Source: Escherichia coli
GTDB lineage: Bacteria; Pseudomonadota; Gammaproteobacteria; Enterobacterales; Enterobacteriaceae
NCBI RefSeq assembly: GCF_024223415.1
Contig: NZ_CP100500.1
Length of the DNA stretch: 64,000 nucleotides
Strand: one strand, 5' to 3'
Within the stretch, counting starts at the first letter, position 1. Every line of letters begins with the position of its first letter. The position numbers were made by a program, and so were the translations under genes. This document shows, in pieces, positions 1 to 9,436 of this stretch. The notes beneath the pieces are model-generated. The model searched no databases and had not been told where the DNA came from. It saw only the letters and a list, made by a program, of their open reading frames with translations.

Positions 1-207
1 ACGGTTCGACGAAAGAGGGCTTCCACAACTTGAGTGAAAGAAAATGTATGAGGCTTACCAGTGAAGCCGTTTTAAGTTATGGGTAACTTAATACACTCAC
101 TTAAGAGATTTCTACGGTTACTTTGCTGATGGCAATACGGTCAAGAAGTTATTAGCTCTGACGGTATATAACCCTCCATCTCCCCGGAAAATGCAAAACA
201 GCACTAT

Positions 208-1335
208 GTGTTGAATACCTTAAGCACAGCTACTCAGTTCATAGATGCCATCGCCTCCAGATACAGCACTTACCCTGCTCAGCCCAGACGCATCTTACTC
301 TGGTGCTGCCATAACCCTTGCCTGTTAACGAAAAATTTTGCCGAGTCTCAGCCTCCCTTCACAGTTCACATCAGCAGTATTCACAGGCGTTACAAAATTT
401 ACAACGTCAACTGGGATTAATAGCCGGAGGTGAGGCCGGGAAACAGGCAGCAACGGCAGTGGGGCTACGTTGCAGTGCTGATACTCTTCTTCGCAGGGTT
501 ATTAATACCCCGGAGACGAAACAGTCGGGCGCGCCTCATGTCGGTATTGATGAGTGGGCGTGGCATCGGGGCCACCATTACGGCACGTTAATCGTCAATC
601 TTGATACTCACCGTCCCCTCGTCCTGCTTCCCGGTTGCGATCAGAGTACGCTGGCGACCTGGTTCAGAAAATATCCGGAAATACAGGTTGTCTCACGTGA
701 CCGTGGCGGAGTCTATGCGACAGCAGCACGTGAAGGTGCACCTCAGGCCAGACAGATAGCTGATCGATGGCACCTGCTAAAAAATATTGGCGATGCGCCT
801 GAACGAATGATGTACAGACAGATGCCTCTGATACGTCTTGTTGCCAGTGGGTTGTCACCAAAGAAATCACCTAAGCCAGTACTGTCTGTGCCTGTAGCAT
901 CGCTCCGTCGTCCGGAACGCCTTAAACAGCAAACCCGCCAAAAACGGCATCAGCGTTGGACAGAGGTTATGGCACTACATAACAAGGGATGTGGGTTCAG
1001 GGGAAATATCCCGTATTACAGGCTTATCACGTGTGACAGTCAGTCTCTGGGTGTGTTCAGGAACATTCCCTGAAATGTCAACCCGGCCTCCAGAGCGAGG
1101 ACTTCTGGACCCATGGAGGGAGTGGTTAAAAGAGCAACGAGAAAGTGGTAACTTCGGCGCGTGGCTGCAAGGATGGCAGCTGATGCTGCGGCTATATGTG
1201 AGGCAATCAGCAGTCGCTGGAATAATGGGGGTTGTCGAAAGTCATGTAAATCGACTAAAAATGCTGAAAGGCCAGATGTATGGTCGAGCCGGATTTGAAC
1301 TACTCAGGCAGAGGGTCATGAGTCCACTGGCATGA
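208..1335 (+). pseudogene. ISL3-family transposase remnant, split over several frames
   Basis: ORF 318-1073 has the ISL3 transposase core (GIDEWAWHRGHHYGT...VVSRDRGGVYA...ADRWHLLKNIGD); the C-terminal part continues in another frame (991-1335) and an N-terminal-like piece lies in a third (208-420). Confidence 0.6.
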
Positions 1336-1378
1336 AAATCTCCATCCAGGTTGCGTAAGAGCCACTTTTCATCCGTCG

Positions 1379-1870
1379 TTGACATTTGTATGCCGTCACT
1401 GTGGCACTTCTCGGCCCACATTGTGTAAATGGTGGCGCAGATATCTGGCTCAGGGCATCGCTGGTCTGGAAAGCTACAGCCGTCGCTCCAAGCGTTCACC
1501 ATCAACGAAAACCAGCACTTGCGAAGTCGCTCTGATTCTGGAAGTTACGTTCTCAGCGAAATCTGGGTGCAAGACGTATTCAAAGCGAGTTAAAACGACT
1601 TCATTCAATCTCACTGGCAATAGTGCGTATTACCGTGAAGGAGATCGGTGAGTAACGGCGTTTTTCAAGGTAGTTGTCGCCTGATGTAATAAAGGTTGGA
1701 CGTTCCCAAAAGACAGACAAAGCTGAGTTTTACGCTACCGTAGATCTTTCTGCTGATGACCTGAAGGGATTGCTAGCAGAATGGTAGCATTACTATAACA
1801 GGGAACGTCCTCATAGCGCTCACAACGGTAAAACTCCGATGGAACGCTACTTTGAACTTGCTGAGAAAAC
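1379..1870 (+). pseudogene. IS481-family transposase remnant
   Basis: ORF 1379-1651 has a transposase-type HTH N-terminus; around 1790-1870 an unlinked frame encodes ...YYNRERPHSAHNGKTPMERYFELAEK, a typical integrase-core C-terminus. The middle of the gene is missing. Confidence 0.5.
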
Positions 1871-2175
1871 ACCATACTCCGATGCCGTTCATGCAAACTA
1901 TCAGCCCAATGAAGAGCATATACAGGAACAGAATTACAAGCCTGAACTTGAACTGAGAAAATTGAAACGATGTCTATGAATCACACATTTTATTACAAGG
2001 CAACAACTACCTTGAAGCTCTATGTTGAGCCTGTTTACCATTCTGTGTAATATGCATTTTCTTTAAAGTGACCGTCAGGACGGTCACTGATTACCCATTC
2101 TGAAGAGACTGTAATTAAAATTGTGTAATTGCCTGTTTTTGATATGTTCACTCCAACAACGGAGACAGGCAAACG

Positions 2176-3336
2176 ATGGACGAAAAGAAACTTAAAGTCC
2201 TTGCGGCTGAACTGGCCAAAGGCCTTAAAACCGAAGCCGACCTCAACCAGTTTTCACGCATGTTGACAAAGCTTACCGTCGAAACGGCGCTCAATGCAGA
2301 ACTGACTGACCATCTAGGTCATGAGAAAAATGCTCCTAAATCAGGCTCTAATACCCGTAATGGCTACTCGTCAAAAACGGTATTGTGCGATGATGGCGAG
2401 ATCGAACTTAACACGCCGCGTGACCGTGAAAATACCTTCGAACCACAACTGGTGAAGAAAAATCAGACCCGCATTACCGGCATGGACAACCAGATCCTGG
2501 CGCTGTATGCCAGAGGGATGACTACCCGCGAAATTACCTCAGCCTTCAAAGAAATGTACGACGCCGATGTCTCGCCCACGCTGATATCCAAAGTGACCGA
2601 TGCGGTTAAAGAACAGGTCTCTGAATGGCAAAACCGACCGTTGGATGCACTGTATCCCATTGTTTATCTTGACTGTATTGTGGTTAAGGTTCGTCACAGC
2701 GGGAGTGTCATTAACAAAGCGGTGTTCCTCGCGCTGGGCATCAATACCGACGGTCAGAAAGAGCTGCTGGATATGTGGCTGGCCGAAAATGAAGGTGCAA
2801 AGTTCTGGCTGAATGTACTGACGGAACTGAAAAATCGCGGCCTGAACGATATCCTTATCGCCTTCGTGGACGGCCTGAAAGGCTTCCCGGAAGCGATAAA
2901 TAGCGTGTACCCGCAGACGCATATTCAGCTCTGCATCATCCATATGGTGCGCAACAGCCTGAAATTCGTGTCGTGGAAGGATTACAAAGCCGTCACCAGC
3001 GGGCTGAAAGCGGTATATCAGGCCCCGACAGAGGAAGCGGCGTTGATGGCGTTGGATAAGTTTGCAGGCGTCTGGGATGAAAAATACCCGCAAATCAGCA
3101 AGAGCTGGCGCACACACTGGGAAAATCTCAACACCTTCTTCGGTTACCCACCGGATATCCGCAAGGCCATCTACACGACGAATGCCATCGAATCGCTGAA
3201 CAGTGTCATTCGGCAGGCGATAAAGAAGCGCAAGGTGTTCCCAACGGACGACTCGGTGCGAAAAGTGATTTATCTGGCGATACAGTCGGCGTCAAAAAAT
3301 GGAGTATGCCAATCCAGAACTGGCGGCTGGCAATGA
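2176..3336 (+). CDS. IS256-family transposase with C-terminal frameshift
   Basis: 386-aa ORF with IS256/mutator-type transposase similarity. The frame breaks in an A-run near 3295-3300; the +1 frame continues KKWSMPIQNWRLAMSRFIIEFGDRLSEHL to a stop at 3381-3383, the expected transposase C-terminus. Confidence 0.85.
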   Translation: MDEKKLKVLAAELAKGLKTEADLNQFSRMLTKLTVETALNAELTDHLGHEKNAPKSGSNTRNGYSSKTVLCDDGEIELNTPRDRENTFEPQLVKKNQTRITGMDNQILALYARGMTTREITSAFKEMYDADVSPTLISKVTDAVKEQVSEWQNRPLDALYPIVYLDCIVVKVRHSGSVINKAVFLALGINTDGQKELLDMWLAENEGAKFWLNVLTELKNRGLNDILIAFVDGLKGFPEAINSVYPQTHIQLCIIHMVRNSLKFVSWKDYKAVTSGLKAVYQAPTEEAALMALDKFAGVWDEKYPQISKSWRTHWENLNTFFGYPPDIRKAIYTTNAIESLNSVIRQAIKKRKVFPTDDSVRKVIYLAIQSASKNGVCQSRTGGWQ

Positions 3337-3699
3337 GCCGTTTTATTATCGAGTTCGGTGACCGCCTTAGCGAGCACCTTTAATACGGCGGCAGTTACAC
3401 AGAATTATTTACAGGGTCATTCTGAATTCAGTGCAGAATTAAAACATGTGTGCAAAATAATTTAATTCAGACAGATTTTTATTTCACTATGGCTATCCCA
3501 GAACAATCAGTACAAATAATAAAAGACATATCACAGCAACACTCCACACTGACAGCGCAAAAATAAATGCCGCCTTTGTTATCTTCATATACAAGCAACC
3601 TGTCCTGATAATCACCAACTCATGTTTTATTCTTAACCATTCGTCACAAATACAACAAAAAATAACAGCAGCAGCACCGATATCACAATATAAGATACA

Positions 3700-4155
3700 T
3701 TATTCAACACCTGAATCCCCCGCAGCTTCTCTCCCCTTTATAAAACGCCCCTTCCGGAATCCAGACCGCTGCAGTGCACGACGAAGATGACCGTATACCG
3801 TCTTGTCATTCTGCCCCGTCTCTTCTGTAATCTCCGCAATACTTAAACCTCTGTAATACCGGTTCAGTACCGCTCTGCGCTCTTCCAGCGTCAACACACC
3901 TCCGGCCGCTCTCAGATTCAGCATCGACTTATTCAGAATACAGCAGGCCTCTCCGGTAAAAAGAATACGAACAATATCTGTATACTCATCATCACAGAAT
4001 ACAAAATAATATCTGAATGACCTGCCTGACTGCACCCTTCTTCTGTCTGATATGGCATCTTCTATATATCTGATTCGACTGCTTACGGTTCCAAATATCT
4101 CTCGCAGGGCTTTTTCAAAATAAATATCTCTCGTCGCCAGGATTATATCCAGCAT
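3700..4155 (-). CDS. small HTH protein with sigma-70 region-4-like C-terminus
   Basis: 151-aa ORF directly downstream of the adhesin on the same strand; C-terminal LTLEERRAVLNRYYRGLSIAEITEETGQNDKTVYGHLRRAL resembles a sigma-70 region 4 / LuxR-type HTH. Family unassigned. Confidence 0.5.
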   Translation of the reverse strand: MLDIILATRDIYFEKALREIFGTVSSRIRYIEDAISDRRRVQSGRSFRYYFVFCDDEYTDIVRILFTGEACCILNKSMLNLRAAGGVLTLEERRAVLNRYYRGLSIAEITEETGQNDKTVYGHLRRALQRSGFRKGRFIKGREAAGDSGVE

Positions 4156-4215
4156 CTCTGTACCTCATTATATCCCGGGGGACTCCCCCGGGACAGATAT
4201 CTAAATCCTGACCTG

Positions 4216-5358
4216 TCAGAACTCAAAATTCACACCAGCATTCCACGATGCGGATGACCCACCTGCAGCAACTGCAACTTTTCCTGCCACATTCTCTGTG
4301 AAACGGTAGCCCACGCCCACCGCAATGGCCTGCTCATCACGGTAACCACCAACGGCTGCTGTCGCGTTAAATTTTCCAACACTGTATGGCTGGAAAAGAC
4401 CGGCCAGTGCCGCGCTCTGGGCTGCACTCTCCCTTAACTCCTTCCGGTTCTCTTTAATCTGCTCCTGCATATTATTCATTCTCTCTGTCGCCATCTTCTG
4501 CCAGGCTTCCGTCAAATCCAGACGATGACTGTTATTCCTTATCGCTGCTGTATTTGAGGCTATTGCTGCATCCGTCTGCGCCCTGTTCTTCACAAGCACA
4601 TCGCTGAGATGTTCTGCCTGGCTTTTCGCTTCTTTACGGACATCCCGTACACTTTTATCTGTATAAGCCCGGGAAACCTGAACTGTTTCATCCGCTTTTT
4701 CTTTTATTTCATCCTGAAGAGCAAGAGAAGATGCATCCGTATACGCCACCGCTGCCGATGTGCCTGCAATAATATCCCTGCTGAGTTCATCACGTACTGC
4801 TGTAACCTGACTGTCAGTATGAGCACGGGCATCTCTGTATACACCACCTATCTCACCACGCAGACTGTCTCCCGACACCCGTACAGCATCTGCAATGGCG
4901 TTGTCCATCTGTCCTTTTGTGGCCGCATCACTATCCTTAACACCATCTGAAACATTTATAATCCGGCGGGTTTCCGGTGCACCATCAACTGAAACTCCAT
5001 ATCCTGAAGGACCGGCCCCTACAGAAAGTACATTGTTTTCTCCATTCACCTGAGAGCCATACCCCAGAGCGACACTGTTGTCTGCATTAAAAACAGCTGT
5101 CTTATTTCCCACTGCCATGGATTTATCCGCATCCAGAATTGCTGCACCACTACCTACGGCAAAATTATATCCTGTATCATTTAGTTGACGGTCAATCACA
5201 GCTACTTTTTCAACTGACTGACCGCCACCATCAATCCAGATAATACCCGCCGATGACTCAGTAAGTGTTTTATGAGCCAAAGCCTGAGATGAGAGCAGCA
5301 GGGCCACACTCACTGCCAGCGCGCTTTTCTTTAAAAAAGCATCACGTCTTTTAAGCAT
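4216..5358 (-). CDS. YadA-like trimeric autotransporter adhesin (Eib/YadA type)
   Basis: Start taken at the internal Met (MLKRRD...) followed by a signal-peptide-like stretch; repetitive head/stalk motifs, coiled-coil-like region, and C-terminal beta-barrel anchor ending ...[16 protein letters not shown]. Confidence 0.75.
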   Translation of the reverse strand: MLKRRDAFLKKSALAVSVALLLSSQALAHKTLTESSAGIIWIDGGGQSVEKVAVIDRQLNDTGYNFAVGSGAAILDADKSMAVGNKTAVFNADNSVALGYGSQVNGENNVLSVGAGPSGYGVSVDGAPETRRIINVSDGVKDSDAATKGQMDNAIADAVRVSGDSLRGEIGGVYRDARAHTDSQVTAVRDELSRDIIAGTSAAVAYTDASSLALQDEIKEKADETVQVSRAYTDKSVRDVRKEAKSQAEHLSDVLVKNRAQTDAAIASNTAAIRNNSHRLDLTEAWQKMATERMNNMQEQIKENRKELRESAAQSAALAGLFQPYSVGKFNATAAVGGYRDEQAIAVGVGYRFTENVAGKVAVAAGGSSASWNAGVNFEF

Positions 5359-5844
5359 TCTGTTATTCTCCTGTATTATTACTTCACCAGCCAGAACGGT
5401 AGTGCGGAGCAAAAATACAGTGATAAGAATCCTCTTTTATTAATTTAATAATGCCAGGAATATTATTGTGTATAATATGCGCCCTCAATTTAAGCAGCAG
5501 AAAAGCAATGACGCGAAAATCATTAAAATACATACAGATAAAACATCATAACTATAATTATAATAAGCGCGCTTATTTTAGCATCTGAACATTTAAAGTA
5601 CTGCTATCACAAAACAATAAAAATCCTGGTTAATATCTCTGATGATTGAATGAGAAATTCACGATGTCTGGTGAGAATTCTGTTCAAAACGAGGAATGCA
5701 GACGTACACGTGGCAGGTATGGACTTCCACCGATTTAACTTTTTTCCTTCCTTGTATTTACACATCACACATTTTGCGCTACAAAAATTTCACGTGGCAC
5801 GCACCACGTGATCCGTAGAAAAGCCTCTTGTTACGAATTTCGTA

Positions 5845-5879
5845 AACCGCACGTCTGTCTGGTCGTGCGGATTTTTTAT
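5845..5879 (+). terminator. intrinsic-terminator-like hairpin
   Basis: Stem ccgcacg/cgtgcgg with a 10-nt loop, followed by attttttat; no plus-strand ORF of 60 aa or more upstream. Confidence 0.4.
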
Positions 5880-6072
5880 CCGTCAACTTCACATGAAACC
5901 CGCCAGAGCACTGTTTCCGGATTCAGACATCAGGCATATTATCATCCACGATGTCGTGAACAAGATCACACTTTTGCAATTCCTTTATTGATCGAAAGCA
6001 GTTAATCACGGAAATTAATTACCGGAGTGAAAGCATTACTGCATCGTAAATATCTACCATTTTTGACTACAC

Positions 6073-6101
6073 CCTCTGACAGAATTTTCAGAGGGTTTTT
6101 T
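6073..6101 (+). terminator. intrinsic-terminator-like hairpin
   Basis: Perfect 8-bp stem ccctctga/tcagaggg with a 7-nt loop, followed by tttttt. Confidence 0.5.
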
Positions 6102-6185
6102 ATCAGTTTCACCATCCAACCCTGTACGCCAGAATGGTTTCACTGTCACTCAGTTCTGCTATTGCCTTTTTCATCTCCCTTTACC

Positions 6186-6400
6186 TTACGTTCTGCCAGA
6201 GTCTGAGCCATTTGAACAGGAGGTTATCATTGATATCGTGTTCCCGGGCAATACGGGCAACAGAGGCTCCTGGTTGCAAAGCCAGTTTAACCATTTGAAG
6301 TTTAACTCATTTGAAAATGATCTGCGGGGTTCTGCGGATAATGTTTTTGCTCCATAACAGGCGCCCACCAGTTTGAAAAGGTGGGCACCTACGTTACCAA
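6186..6400 (-). pseudogene. IS3-family orfA-like remnant (frameshifted)
   Basis: Minus-strand frames encode ...RRSFSNELNFKW... and MVKLALQPGASVARIAREHDINDNLLFKW..., resembling the HTH region of IS2/IS3-type OrfA; split across frames. Confidence 0.4.
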
Positions 6401-6556
6401 TACTGGCTTAATGGATACATACGGCGGTCGGTTCTTACGGTAAAACGACACAACCAAACGCTTCTTATCCTGCAATGAACTGCTTTATTACCGAGTTTAG
6501 TGACCGCACAGACACTCACTTTTAAGAAAAACAGAATGGTAAACAAACTCCATGAA

Positions 6557-6745
6557 TTACAATAGCTCTCTGGCTGCCGCCACAATAGCTTGCGCGGTTA
6601 ACCCGTACTCTCTCTGTAAAAAGTCCTGAGTTTCAACCTGGCCATACCGCTCTTTAACCCCCACCCGACGCATGGGCACAGGACAAGTTTCTACAAGCAC
6701 TTCAGCAACTGCTGAACCTAATCCATTATGAATACGGTAATGACT
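6557..6745 (-). pseudogene. 3' fragment of a transketolase-like (TPP enzyme) C-terminal-subunit gene, truncated at the IS1 end
   Basis: Minus-strand translation ...HNGLGSAVAEVLVETCPVPMRRVGVKERYGQVETQDFLQREYGLTAQAIVAAARELL then stop (6557-6559); the frame runs straight into the IS1-like inverted repeat at 6745. Confidence 0.5.
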
Positions 6746-6812
6746 CCAATTAGTTGAATTAGGAGTATAATAGCCACTTTTAAGGTTCTTTCATGGTCAC
6801 AGTTAACCTTCA

Positions 6813-7064
6813 TTGCTCCTGTTGCCAGTCCGTTCAGGTTTACCGTCACGGGAAGAACCCAAAGGACATGATCGATTTCGCTGCCGTGACTGTCATCGAG
6901 TGCTTCAGCTCACTTACCGTTACGAGGCCCGTAAACCGGGAGTTAAAGAGCAAATCACTGAAATGGCTTTCAACGGTGCCGGAGTTCGCGATACTGCCCG
7001 TACGCTGAAAATCGGCATTAATACTGTCATCCGGACTTTAAAAAACTCTCGCCACGAAGAATAA
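6813..7064 (+). CDS. insA: IS1-family InsA-like protein
   Basis: 83-aa ORF with Cys-rich N-terminus (CRDCHRVLQL) and InsA-like HTH (ITEMAFNGAGVRDTARTLKIGINTVIRTLKNS); divergent from canonical IS1 InsA. Confidence 0.7.
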   Translation: MLLLPVRSGLPSREEPKGHDRFRCRDCHRVLQLTYRYEARKPGVKEQITEMAFNGAGVRDTARTLKIGINTVIRTLKNSRHEE

Positions 7065-7082
7065 CGTCATACCCGGTCGCTC

Positions 7083-7377
7083 ATGCTGATATGGCACTCA
7101 TCTGCGAACTTGATGAGCAATGGAGTTTTGTCGGCAGTAAAGCGCGACAGCACTGGCTCTGGTACACGTACAACACGAAAACTGGTGGCGTTCTGGCCTA
7201 CACTTTTGGCCTACGGACTGATTAAACCTGTCGTGAATTGCTGGCGCTGCTTGCCCTTTTACCATCGGTATGTTGACCACTGACGAATGGGGTAGTTACA
7301 CCAGAGAGTTACCGAAGGAGAAGCATCTGACTGGTAAGATTTTTACTCAGCGCATTGAGCGCAACATCTACCTCTGA
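7083..7377 (+). pseudogene. insB: IS1-family InsB-like transposase, interrupted
   Basis: Pieces ...DEQWSFVGSKARQHWLWYTYNTKTGGVLAYTFG... and ...DEWGSYTRELPKEKHLTGKIFTQRIERN... match InsB but lie in different frames with stops. Confidence 0.6.
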
Positions 7378-8019
7378 GAACCCGAATCAAACGTCTGGCC
7401 CGCAGAACTATCTGTTTCTCGCGCTCTGTAGAACTTCATGAAAAAGTCATCGGTGCCTTTATCGAAAAATATATGTTCTACTAATTGGAGTCACCACCTT
7501 CGTTTGTTTAAAGAACCTGCTGGTCCTGCCATTAATATTACCTGCTGATTGCTTCACATCCGGATTCCTCGCACTGCGCGCGGGTTATTGTTTCGTTTTC
7601 GGCCACGGGGTCGCCAGGGCTCTGTTTGCAGGCCATGATGGCCTGACCTGTACTGTTTCTCAGGCACTGAGATGTCCGTTTACGCCATTTGTTCCCTGCC
7701 CCTCTGTCTGATAACGAATACGCTCACAACGCACAGTACTGAACAATACCGACAACAACATGTCTTACATGAAATTCGCTGTAACATCCACCGGAAAACA
7801 TTTTCAGATATCGGATGAGGTACTACTTCCATTGACAGCGCGAGGTAACAAAATTGATGGTAACTCTGACCATTAACCGTAAACCGCAGGGTATTTTCAG
7901 TAAATCACCGGCAACGCCGCTGCAGGATAAAACGGACACAGCATACAAAATGAAGGCCGGTGACCAGATACCACAGTTGAACGATAAACAGAAACCTGCT
8001 GATAAAACACCGTGGCGAC

Positions 8020-8365
8020 ATGACAAAACGCCAGAGCAAAAACCGTAAGCGCATTATTCGTCTTGTGGAACTCTGGCCTGAGTCATTCAACCGGGAAAAA
8101 AACAAAACCACTTAAAGTGGGGATACCTGACGACCTGATACAGGATATCGCCATCCGAGAACTGGCGTTTGGCGCTGGTACATTACATGCAGCAGTGGCG
8201 TCTTATGTGCAGTCTCCGCGCTATTACCGTGCGTTAATAGCAGGTGGCGCCCGTTACAACCTGAACGGTCAGCCGTGCGGGGAAGTGACACCACAGGAAC
8301 AGAAAGAGGCAGAGACCCGTTTAATGATGCTGAATGACCGACGAAAAGACAGAAAACCTCGTTGA
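8020..8365 (+). CDS. FinO/ProQ-domain RNA-binding protein, frameshifted in an A7 run
   Basis: Frame from ATG 8020 gives MTKRQSKNRKRIIRLVELWPESFNREK then a stop; the next frame continues KPLKVGIPDDLIQDIAIRELAFGAGTLHAAVASYVQSPRYYRALIAGGARYNLNGQPCGEVTPQEQKEAE, matching the ProQ N-terminal/FinO domain signature. The frames join if the A7 run at 8096-8102 is A6. Confidence 0.6.
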
Positions 8366-8382
8366 CTGCACAACAGCGCTGT

Positions 8383-9135
8383 TCACTGAGCTGTAATCAA
8401 TGTACAGCGCTGTACCGGGCGATGGGTAATACCGGTCACAACCGGTAACCCCAGAGACAATGCAACTGTTTTTAACGCAATATACTGGCCGGATGTATCA
8501 CCCCGGGCAGCCTGAAAACACCTTTCCACCCGGCATTGTCCGTCAGCACTTATCACCCGCCATGTCTGTTGCAATAAATCCACCCGTTGCGAACATTCTT
8601 CATCAACCGTGGCACTGACCCGTGGATGGCAAATGCTCGTCTGGCTGAGCAGCAACAGGCATCGCATTGTTGCTCCTCCATGTTGTTCCCGCAACCAGCG
8701 TAATACCACCGGTGGTGCTGGACTGGCCGTGTGATTACGTTCAGTAATACGCTCGTGCACCTGTCGGTAAAAGGAAGTACAGAATGCATGAATCTGTTGT
8801 CCGTTGATGTTTCCTTCTGCCGAATGGAGTGTGAAGTGGACGGCCAGCAGACGCGGCCAGTGATCCACCGCCTGCTGAATAAAACGCCGGATTTCCACCG
8901 GCTCTGAAAGTACGGTTTCGGTTATTTGCACGATTTGATCCCCTTGAATGTTGCTGAACCGGTGTCGGTACGCAGGAAAGCACGCCGAGACCGGTACGAT
9001 GCCTGTTACAGCGAAGAACGAGGAATGACAGACGGGGGCAGCAGGTCGCCAGCACCAGGGACAGGGCTGATTTCCACAATACCAACGCTGGTATTTTGCA
9101 CATTGCCAGCGTACCGGCATTACAACACGTTTCAT
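8383..9135 (-). CDS. Gp2-family (YagK/YfjJ-like) island protein, third paralog, possibly degenerate
   Basis: Shares a motif pattern with the two upstream paralogs (LLAVHFTLHS..., VLRWLREQHGG...MRCLLLLS). Start uncertain; the Met at 9135 would overlap the alpA stop in an ATGA arrangement. The N-terminal region is low-complexity. Confidence 0.45.
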   Translation of the reverse strand: MKRVVMPVRWQCAKYQRWYCGNQPCPWCWRPAAPVCHSSFFAVTGIVPVSACFPAYRHRFSNIQGDQIVQITETVLSEPVEIRRFIQQAVDHWPRLLAVHFTLHSAEGNINGQQIHAFCTSFYRQVHERITERNHTASPAPPVVLRWLREQHGGATMRCLLLLSQTSICHPRVSATVDEECSQRVDLLQQTWRVISADGQCRVERCFQAARGDTSGQYIALKTVALSLGLPVVTGITHRPVQRCTLITAQ

Positions 9136-9368
9136 GCTGCTGCCCCTCGTGATGCCTCGATTCGTTGCTGCATCCACTGCTCCACTTCACTTTTGTACCA
9201 GCGGCTGCTGCGCCCCAGTTTGATGGGTTTAGGGAAATGGCCTTCACTGATCAGCTTGTAAAACCATTTGTCGGTCATACCAGTGAAGCTGGTGATGTAG
9301 TTCATGTCGATCAGGGGATCGTCGGCACGCAGCAATACGCTGTCGTGACCTGTCATTGAGGTCAACAT
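9132..9368 (-). CDS. alpA: AlpA-family phage/island transcriptional regulator
   Basis: Small ORF with the AlpA-type HTH (MTDKWFYKLISEGHFPKPIKLGRSSRWYKSEVEQW); the true start may be an internal Met. Confidence 0.75.
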   Translation of the reverse strand: MLTSMTGHDSVLLRADDPLIDMNYITSFTGMTDKWFYKLISEGHFPKPIKLGRSSRWYKSEVEQWMQQRIEASRGAAA

Positions 9369-9436
9369 GGTCAGAATGTCCTCTGTGAGATTTATGAATG
9401 TTGGGCAAATGCGGGTGAATCTGCTGAGCTGAGCTT

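Larger units (their letters stand above)
6745..7497 (+). mobile_element. IS1-family insertion sequence, divergent and decayed
   Basis: Left end ggtaatgactccaattagttgaa and right end (reverse complement ggtggtgactccaattagtagaa) form IS1-like inverted repeats about 750 bp apart; InsA-like and broken InsB-like genes inside. No clean flanking target duplication seen. Confidence 0.7.

Noticed and set aside
4609-4950. 113-aa plus-strand ORF inside the adhesin gene
   Set aside because: Antisense to the adhesin, whose repeats and C-terminal anchor are well supported; the product is C/R/F-rich.
7854-8048. 64-aa plus-strand ORF upstream of and overlapping the FinO/ProQ-like gene
   Set aside because: Low-complexity K/P/T/Q-rich translation; the FinO-like reading frame with its own ATG at 8020 explains the region better. 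A small leader peptide cannot be excluded.
8741-9247. 168-aa minus-strand ORF overlapping alpA and the third Gp2-like gene
   Set aside because: The translation is low-complexity (A/G/S/R/C-rich) and is an alternative frame of better-supported genes.
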